NCBI RefSeq assembly: GCF_048403405.1 | Contig: NZ_CP183129.1 | Origin: Escherichia coli | GTDB lineage: Bacteria; Pseudomonadota; Gammaproteobacteria; Enterobacterales; Enterobacteriaceae | Strand: one strand, 5' to 3' | Length of the DNA stretch: 64,000 bases | Shown here: piece by piece, positions 58,471-64,000 of the stretch | Numbering within the stretch: position 1 is the stretch's first letter | Layout of the letters: each line of letters begins with the position of its first letter | The notes under the pieces: model-generated | Told to the model about the DNA's origin: nothing | Database searches by the model: none | The model's input: only the letters and a program-made list of their open reading frames with translations | Translations under genes and position numbers: made by a program

Positions 58471-59270
58471 AAGATTTCATCACCGAAGCATGGCTAAGAG
58501 CGAATCATACGCTTAGCGAAGGCGCAGAGATCCATCTCCCTGCGGACAGTCGCCTGACGCCCTCTGCCCGGGAGTTGCTGGAAAGCCGCCATCTGCGCAT
58601 CAAGTTTATTGACGAGCAGGGCCGCCTGTTTGTTGACGATGAACAGCAGCAGCCGCAGCCCGTTCACGGGCTGACCAGTAGTGATGAACATCGGCAGGCG
58701 TGCTGCGAACTGTGCCGCCAGCCGGTGGCGAAAAAGCCGGACACGCTGACTCACCTGTCGGCGGAAAAAATGGTCGCCAAAAGCGATCCGCGTCTGGGTT
58801 TTCGCGCGGTTCTCGACAGCACCATTGCGCTGGCAGTGTGGCTGCAAATTGAACTGGCGGAACCGTGGCAGCCGTGGCTGGCGGACATCCGCTCGCGTCT
58901 TGGCAACATTATGCGCGCCGATGCGCTGGGGGAACCGCTGGCCTGCCAAGCGATTGTCGGGCTTTCTGACGAAGATCTGCATCGGCTTTCTCATCAGCCG
59001 CTGCGCTATCTTGGTCACGATCATCTGGTGCCGGAAGCCAGCCACGGGCGCGATGCGGCGTTACTCAATCTGCTACGCACCAAAGTGCGGGAAACCGAAA
59101 CCGTAGCGGCGCAGGTGTTTATAACCCGCAGTTTTGAAGTATTACGCCCGGACATCTTGCAGGCGCTGAACCGCCTTTCGAGCACGGTCTACGTGATGAT
59201 GATCCTGAGCGTAACGAAGCAGCCGCTAACGGTGAAGCAGATCCAACAACGACTGGGGGAAACGCAATGA
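58467..59270 (+). CDS. eutT: ethanolamine-utilisation cobalamin adenosyltransferase EutT
   Basis: 267-aa track ORF. Start overlaps the eutQ stop. Confidence 0.93.
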   Translation: MKDFITEAWLRANHTLSEGAEIHLPADSRLTPSARELLESRHLRIKFIDEQGRLFVDDEQQQPQPVHGLTSSDEHRQACCELCRQPVAKKPDTLTHLSAEKMVAKSDPRLGFRAVLDSTIALAVWLQIELAEPWQPWLADIRSRLGNIMRADALGEPLACQAIVGLSDEDLHRLSHQPLRYLGHDHLVPEASHGRDAALLNLLRTKVRETETVAAQVFITRSFEVLRPDILQALNRLSSTVYVMMILSVTKQPLTVKQIQQRLGETQ

Positions 59271-60283
59271 TTATTGAACGTTGTCGTGAACTGGCGTTGC
59301 GAGCGCCCGCCAGAGTGGTTTTTCCGGATGCGTTAGATCAACGTGTGCTGAAAGCCGCGCAATATTTACATCAACAAGGTCTGGCAACGCCCATTCTGGT
59401 CGCCAATCCGTTTGAACTTCGTCAGTTTGCGCTCAGTCACGGCGTGGCGATGGACGGGCTACAGGTGATAGATCCGCATGGCAACCTCGCAATGCGGGAA
59501 GAATTTGCTCTCCGCTGGCTGGCCCGTGCGGGCGAAAAAACGCCGCCGGATGCGTTGGAAAAACTCACCGATCCGCTGATGTTCGCTGCCGCAATGGTCA
59601 GCGCCGGGACAGCGGATGTCTGTATCGCGGGCAATCTCTCTTCCACGGCGAATGTGCTGCGTGCCGGATTACGCATTATTGGCTTACAGCCAGGCTGTAA
59701 AACGCTCTCCTCCATTTTCCTGATGCTGCCACAGTACAGTGGCCCCGCATTGGGCTTTGCCGATTGCAGCGTAGTGCCACAGCCGACGGCGGCGCAGCTG
59801 GCGGATATCGCGCTTGCCAGCGCCGAAACCTGGCGCGCCATCACCGGAGAAGAGCCGCGCGTGGCGATGCTGTCGTTTTCCAGCAACGGTAGTGCCCGTC
59901 ACCCCTGCGTTGCCAACGTCCAGCAGGCGACAGAAATCGTCCGTGAGCGCGCACCGAAGCTGGTGGTGGATGGCGAGTTGCAGTTTGACGCCGCCTTCGT
60001 GCCGGAAGTGGCGGCGCAAAAAGCGCCTGCCAGCCCGCTACAAGGCAAGGCCAATGTGATGGTTTTTCCGTCGCTGGAAGCCGGAAATATTGGCTACAAA
60101 ATCGCACAACGACTCGGCGGATATCGTGCCGTCGGGCCATTGATACAAGGGCTTGCCGCGCCGATGCACGATCTCTCTCGTGGTTGTAGCGTGCAGGAAA
60201 TTATCGAGCTGGCGCTGGTGGCAGCTGTGCCGCGTCAGACAGAAGTGAACCGCGAAAGCAGTTTACAAACACTGGTTGAATGA
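59267..60283 (+). CDS. eutD: phosphotransacetylase EutD
   Basis: 338-aa track ORF ([31 protein letters not shown]). Pta-like. Confidence 0.93.
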   Translation: MIIERCRELALRAPARVVFPDALDQRVLKAAQYLHQQGLATPILVANPFELRQFALSHGVAMDGLQVIDPHGNLAMREEFALRWLARAGEKTPPDALEKLTDPLMFAAAMVSAGTADVCIAGNLSSTANVLRAGLRIIGLQPGCKTLSSIFLMLPQYSGPALGFADCSVVPQPTAAQLADIALASAETWRAITGEEPRVAMLSFSSNGSARHPCVANVQQATEIVRERAPKLVVDGELQFDAAFVPEVAAQKAPASPLQGKANVMVFPSLEAGNIGYKIAQRLGGYRAVGPLIQGLAAPMHDLSRGCSVQEIIELALVAAVPRQTEVNRESSLQTLVE

Positions 60284-60321
60284 ACGGTCCCGTTCTGGAC
60301 CCTGATAAAGAGGAAAGCACA

Positions 60322-60615
60322 ATGGAAGCATTAGGAATGATCGAAACCCGGGGCCTGGTTGCACTGATTGAGGCTTCTGACGCGATGGTGAAAGCTGCGC
60401 GCGTCAAGCTGGTTGGTGTTAAGCAGATTGGCGGCGGCCTGTGTACTGCCATGGTTCGTGGTGATGTTGCAGCCTGTAAAGCCGCGACCGACGCAGGTGC
60501 TGCAGCGGCACAGCGTATCGGCGAGCTGGTATCTGTACACGTTATCCCGCGTCCGCACGGCGACCTGGAAGAAGTCTTCCCGATCGGCCTGAAAGGCGAT
60601 AGCAGCAACCTGTAA
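60322..60615 (+). CDS. eutM: microcompartment shell protein EutM (BMC-H)
   Basis: Track ORF 60280..60615 trimmed to Met 15 ([26 protein letters not shown], 97 aa). Confidence 0.93.
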   Translation: MEALGMIETRGLVALIEASDAMVKAARVKLVGVKQIGGGLCTAMVRGDVAACKAATDAGAAAAQRIGELVSVHVIPRPHGDLEEVFPIGLKGDSSNL

Positions 60616-60721
60616 TCACCCTGTGTGACGTCGATTCGGGCGTCACGCTCTCTCCTTTTTCAGTTTTCCTTCCGCGGAGGGTAGGGGGAGCTTTTACCTG
60701 AAATACGCCACGGAGGCGGGT

Positions 60722-61009
60722 ATGAAACTGGCAGTCGTCACTGGACAAATTGTTTGTACCGTACGCCATCACGGACTGGCGCATGACAAATTGCTGATGG
60801 TGGAAATGATTGATCCACAAGGTAATCCTGACGGGCAATGCGCCGTCGCCATCGACAATATTGGCGCGGGAACCGGGGAGTGGGTGTTGCTGGTGAGTGG
60901 CAGTTCTGCCCGCCAGGCGCATAAAAGCGAAACATCACCGGTCGATCTGTGCGTGATTGGCATCGTCGATGAGGTGGTGTCTGGCGGTCAGGTAATTTTC
61001 CACAAATAA
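60722..61009 (+). CDS. eutN: microcompartment vertex protein EutN (BMV)
   Basis: 95-aa track ORF (MKLAVVTGQIVCTVRHHGLAHDKLL). Confidence 0.93.
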   Translation: MKLAVVTGQIVCTVRHHGLAHDKLLMVEMIDPQGNPDGQCAVAIDNIGAGTGEWVLLVSGSSARQAHKSETSPVDLCVIGIVDEVVSGGQVIFHK

Positions 61010-61020
61010 GGCAGAACATC

Positions 61021-62424
61021 ATGAATCAACAGGATATTGAACAGGTGGTGAAAGCGGTACTGCTGAAAATGCAAAGCAGTGACACGCCGCCCGCCGCCGT
61101 TCATGAGATGGGCGTTTTCGCGTCCCTGGATGACGCCGTTGCGGCAGCCAAAATTGCCCAGCAAGGGTTAAAGAGCGTGGCAATGCGCCAGTTAGCCATT
61201 GCTGCCATTCGTGAAGCAGGCGAAAAACACGCCAGAGATTTAGCGGAACTTGCCGTCAGTGAAACCGGCATGGGCCGCGTCGAAGATAAATTTGCCAAAA
61301 ACGTCGCTCAGGCGCGCGGCACACCAGGCGTTGAGTGCCTCTCACCACAGGTGCTGACCGGTGACAACGGCCTGACCCTGATTGAAAACGCACCCTGGGG
61401 CGTGGTGGCTTCGGTGACGCCTTCCACTAACCCGGCGGCAACCGTAATTAACAACGCCATCAGCCTGATTGCCGCGGGCAACAGCGTCATTTTTGCCCCG
61501 CATCCGGCGGCGAAAAAAGTCTCCCAGCGGGCGATTACGCTGCTCAACCAGGCGATTGTTGCCGCAGGCGGGCCGGAAAACTTACTGGTTACTGTGGCCA
61601 ATCCGGATATCGAAACCGCACAACGCTTGTTCAAGTTTCCCGGCATCGGCCTGCTGGTGGTGACCGGCGGCGAAGCGGTAGTAGAAGCGGCGCGTAAACA
61701 CACCAATAAACGTCTGATTGCCGCAGGCGCTGGCAACCCGCCGGTAGTGGTGGATGAAACCGCTGACCTCGCCCGTGCTGCTCAGTCCATCGTCAAAGGC
61801 GCGTCTTTCGATAACAACATCATTTGTGCCGACGAAAAGGTACTGATTGTTGTTGATAGCGTAGCCGATGAACTGATGCGTCTGATGGAAGGCCAGCACG
61901 CGGTGAAACTGACCGCAGAGCAGGCGCAGCAGCTGCAACCGGTGTTGCTGAAAAATATCGACGAGCGCGGAAAAGGCACCGTCAGCCGTGACTGGGTTGG
62001 TCGCGATGCGGCGAAAATCGCGGCGGCAATCGGCTTTGAAGTTCCGGAACAAACGCGACTGCTGTTTGTAGAAACCACCGCAGAACATCCGTTTGCTGTG
62101 ACTGAACTGATGATGCCGGTGCTGCCCGTCGTGCGCGTCGCCAACGTGGCGGATGCCATTGCGCTGGCGGTGAAACTGGAAGGCGGTTGCCATCACACGG
62201 CGGCAATGCACTCGCGCAACATCGAGAACATGAACCAGATGGCGAACGCCATTGATACCAGCATTTTCGTTAAGAACGGACCGTGCATTGCCGGGCTGGG
62301 GCTGGGCGGGGAAGGCTGGACCACCATGACCATCACCACGCCAACCGGTGAAGGGGTAACCAGCGCGCGTACGTTTGTCCGTCTGCGTCGCTGTGTATTA
62401 GTTGATGCGTTTCGCATTGTTTAA
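61021..62424 (+). CDS. eutE: acetaldehyde dehydrogenase (CoA-acylating) EutE
   Basis: 467-aa track ORF. Aldehyde dehydrogenase family. Confidence 0.93.
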   Translation: MNQQDIEQVVKAVLLKMQSSDTPPAAVHEMGVFASLDDAVAAAKIAQQGLKSVAMRQLAIAAIREAGEKHARDLAELAVSETGMGRVEDKFAKNVAQARGTPGVECLSPQVLTGDNGLTLIENAPWGVVASVTPSTNPAATVINNAISLIAAGNSVIFAPHPAAKKVSQRAITLLNQAIVAAGGPENLLVTVANPDIETAQRLFKFPGIGLLVVTGGEAVVEAARKHTNKRLIAAGAGNPPVVVDETADLARAAQSIVKGASFDNNIICADEKVLIVVDSVADELMRLMEGQHAVKLTAEQAQQLQPVLLKNIDERGKGTVSRDWVGRDAAKIAAAIGFEVPEQTRLLFVETTAEHPFAVTELMMPVLPVVRVANVADAIALAVKLEGGCHHTAAMHSRNIENMNQMANAIDTSIFVKNGPCIAGLGLGGEGWTTMTITTPTGEGVTSARTFVRLRRCVLVDAFRIV

Positions 62425-62434
62425 GGAGTAACCG

Positions 62435-63271
62435 ATGGCGCACGACGAACAATGGCTCACCCCACGTCTGCAAACGGCGGCAACGCTGTGTAACCAGACG
62501 CCCGCCACGACGGAGTCTCCGCTGTGGCTGGGGGTAGATCTGGGCACCTGCGATGTGGTGTCGATGGTTGTCGACCGCGACGGTCAGCCGGTGGCGGTAT
62601 GCCTCGACTGGGCTGATGTGGTCCGCGACGGCATCGTCTGGGATTTCTTCGGTGCGGTCACCATTGTTCGTCGCCATCTCGACACTCTTGAGCAGCAATT
62701 CGGTCGCCGTTTTAGCCATGCGGCGACCTCATTTCCTCCTGGTACGGACCCGCGTATTTCCATCAACGTGCTGGAGTCTGCCGGACTGGAAGTGAGCCAT
62801 GTGCTGGATGAGCCAACCGCAGTTGCGGATCTGCTGCAACTGGACAACGCCGGTGTAGTGGATATCGGCGGTGGCACCACCGGCATTGCCATCGTGAAAA
62901 AGGGCAAGGTGACTTACTCGGCAGATGAAGCCACCGGCGGACATCATATCTCTCTGACTCTCGCCGGAAATCGCCGTATTTCGCTGGAAGAGGCGGAGCA
63001 GTACAAGCGCGGTCACGGTGACGAGATTTGGCCTGCGGTGAAACCGGTGTACGAAAAAATGGCGGACATTGTCGCCCGGCATATTGAAGGGCAGGGCATT
63101 ACTGATTTATGGCTGGCGGGCGGCTCTTGTATGCAACCGGGCGTGGCGGAACTGTTTCGCAAACAATTCCCGGCGTTACAGGTGCATCTACCGCAGCACA
63201 GTTTGTTTATGACCCCGCTGGCGATCGCCAGTAGCGGGCGAGAGAAAGCGGAGGGGATCTATGCAAAATGA
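62435..63271 (+). CDS. eutJ: ethanolamine-utilisation chaperone-like protein EutJ (actin/Hsp70 fold)
   Basis: 278-aa track ORF with the DLGTCDV ATPase motif. Confidence 0.93.
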   Translation: MAHDEQWLTPRLQTAATLCNQTPATTESPLWLGVDLGTCDVVSMVVDRDGQPVAVCLDWADVVRDGIVWDFFGAVTIVRRHLDTLEQQFGRRFSHAATSFPPGTDPRISINVLESAGLEVSHVLDEPTAVADLLQLDNAGVVDIGGGTTGIAIVKKGKVTYSADEATGGHHISLTLAGNRRISLEEAEQYKRGHGDEIWPAVKPVYEKMADIVARHIEGQGITDLWLAGGSCMQPGVAELFRKQFPALQVHLPQHSLFMTPLAIASSGREKAEGIYAK

Positions 63272-64000
63272 ATTGCAGGCCGCGCTCTTTCAGGCGTTCG
63301 ATACCCTGAATCTGCAACGGGTAAAAACATTTAGCGTTCCACCGGTGACGCTTTGCGGTCCGGGCGCGGTGAGCAGTTGTGGGCAGCAAGCGCAAACGCG
63401 TGGGCTGAAACATCTGTTCGTGATGGCAGACAGCTTTTTGCATCAGGCAGGGATGACCGCCGGGCTGACGCGTAGCCTGGCCGTTAAAGGTATCGCCATG
63501 ACGCTCTGGCCATGTCCGGTGGGCGAACCATGCATCACCGACATGTGTGCAGCCGTGGCGCAGTTGCGTGAATCAGGCTGTGACGGGGTGATTGCGTTTG
63601 GCGGCGGCTCGGTGCTGGATGCAGCAAAAGCCGTGGCGTTGCTGGTGACGAACCCGGATAGCACGCTGGCAGAGATGTCAGAAACCAGCGTTCTGCAACC
63701 GCGCCTGCCGTTGATTGCCATTCCAACTACCGCCGGAACCGGTTCTGAAACCACCAACGTAACGGTGATTATCGACGCGGTGAGCGGGCGCAAGCAGGTG
63801 TTAGCCCACGCCTCGCTGATGCCGGATGTGGCGATTCTCGACGCTGCGCTGACCGAAGGCGTGCCGTCGCATGTCACGGCGATGACCGGTATCGACGCGT
63901 TAACCCATGCTATTGAAGCGTACAGCGCGCTGAACGCTACACCGTTTACCGACAGCCTGGCGATTGGCGCAATCGCGATGATTGGTAAATCACTGCCGAA
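63261..64000 (+). CDS. eutG: alcohol dehydrogenase EutG (iron-containing ADH family), 3'-truncated by the window end
   Basis: ATG at 63261 overlaps the eutJ end. Translation MQNELQAALFQAFDTLNLQRVKTF..., with GGGS and TTAGTGSE motifs. Absent from the ORF track because no stop lies within the window. Confidence 0.85.
   Translation, partial: MQNELQAALFQAFDTLNLQRVKTFSVPPVTLCGPGAVSSCGQQAQTRGLKHLFVMADSFLHQAGMTAGLTRSLAVKGIAMTLWPCPVGEPCITDMCAAVAQLRESGCDGVIAFGGGSVLDAAKAVALLVTNPDSTLAEMSETSVLQPRLPLIAIPTTAGTGSETTNVTVIIDAVSGRKQVLAHASLMPDVAILDAALTEGVPSHVTAMTGIDALTHAIEAYSALNATPFTDSLAIGAIAMIGKSLP

Noticed and set aside
63443-63877. 144-aa and 63-aa minus-strand ORFs at the right edge
   Set aside because: Antisense to eutG, which is missing from the track only because its stop lies beyond the window.

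Overview
The window is a contiguous stretch of Escherichia coli-type chromosome. Gene order and protein sequences match the K-12 ppx-to-eut region as I remember it, presented as the reverse complement of the usual reference orientation. Positions 1 to about 1700 carry the distal part of a prophage lysis cassette (a 5'-truncated membrane protein, a holin-like protein, a GH19-type endolysin and an Rz/Rz1 spanin pair) that ends only about 220 bp from the core gene yfgI. The rest is conserved core: yfgI-yfgH-yfgG, pdeF(yfgF), ppx-ppk, purMN, upp-uraA, hda, yfgD-bepA, perM, focB, the ten-gene hydrogenase-4 operon with its activator (hyfABCDEFGHIJ-hyfR), bcp-gcvR, dapA-bamC, purC, ypfJ, tmcA, ypfH, ypfN, dapE, yffB, ypfM, acrD, narQ, aegA, nudK, ypfG, tktB-talA, maeB and the first ten genes of the ethanolamine-utilisation operon (eutSPQTDMNEJG; eutG runs off the right edge). 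I found no rRNA, tRNA, CRISPR array, IS element or unexplained multi-gene island: every intergenic gap is under 400 bp, and every long unassigned ORF in the track lies antisense to or inside a recognised gene. The only accessory material is the prophage fragment at the left edge; I do not see evidence for a novel system elsewhere. All calls rest on recognising the translated proteins and on motifs read directly from the sequence; no database search was run. Gene starts were trimmed from the ORF track where the known protein begins at an internal or non-AUG codon. Coordinates of small regulatory sites may be off by 1-2 nt.
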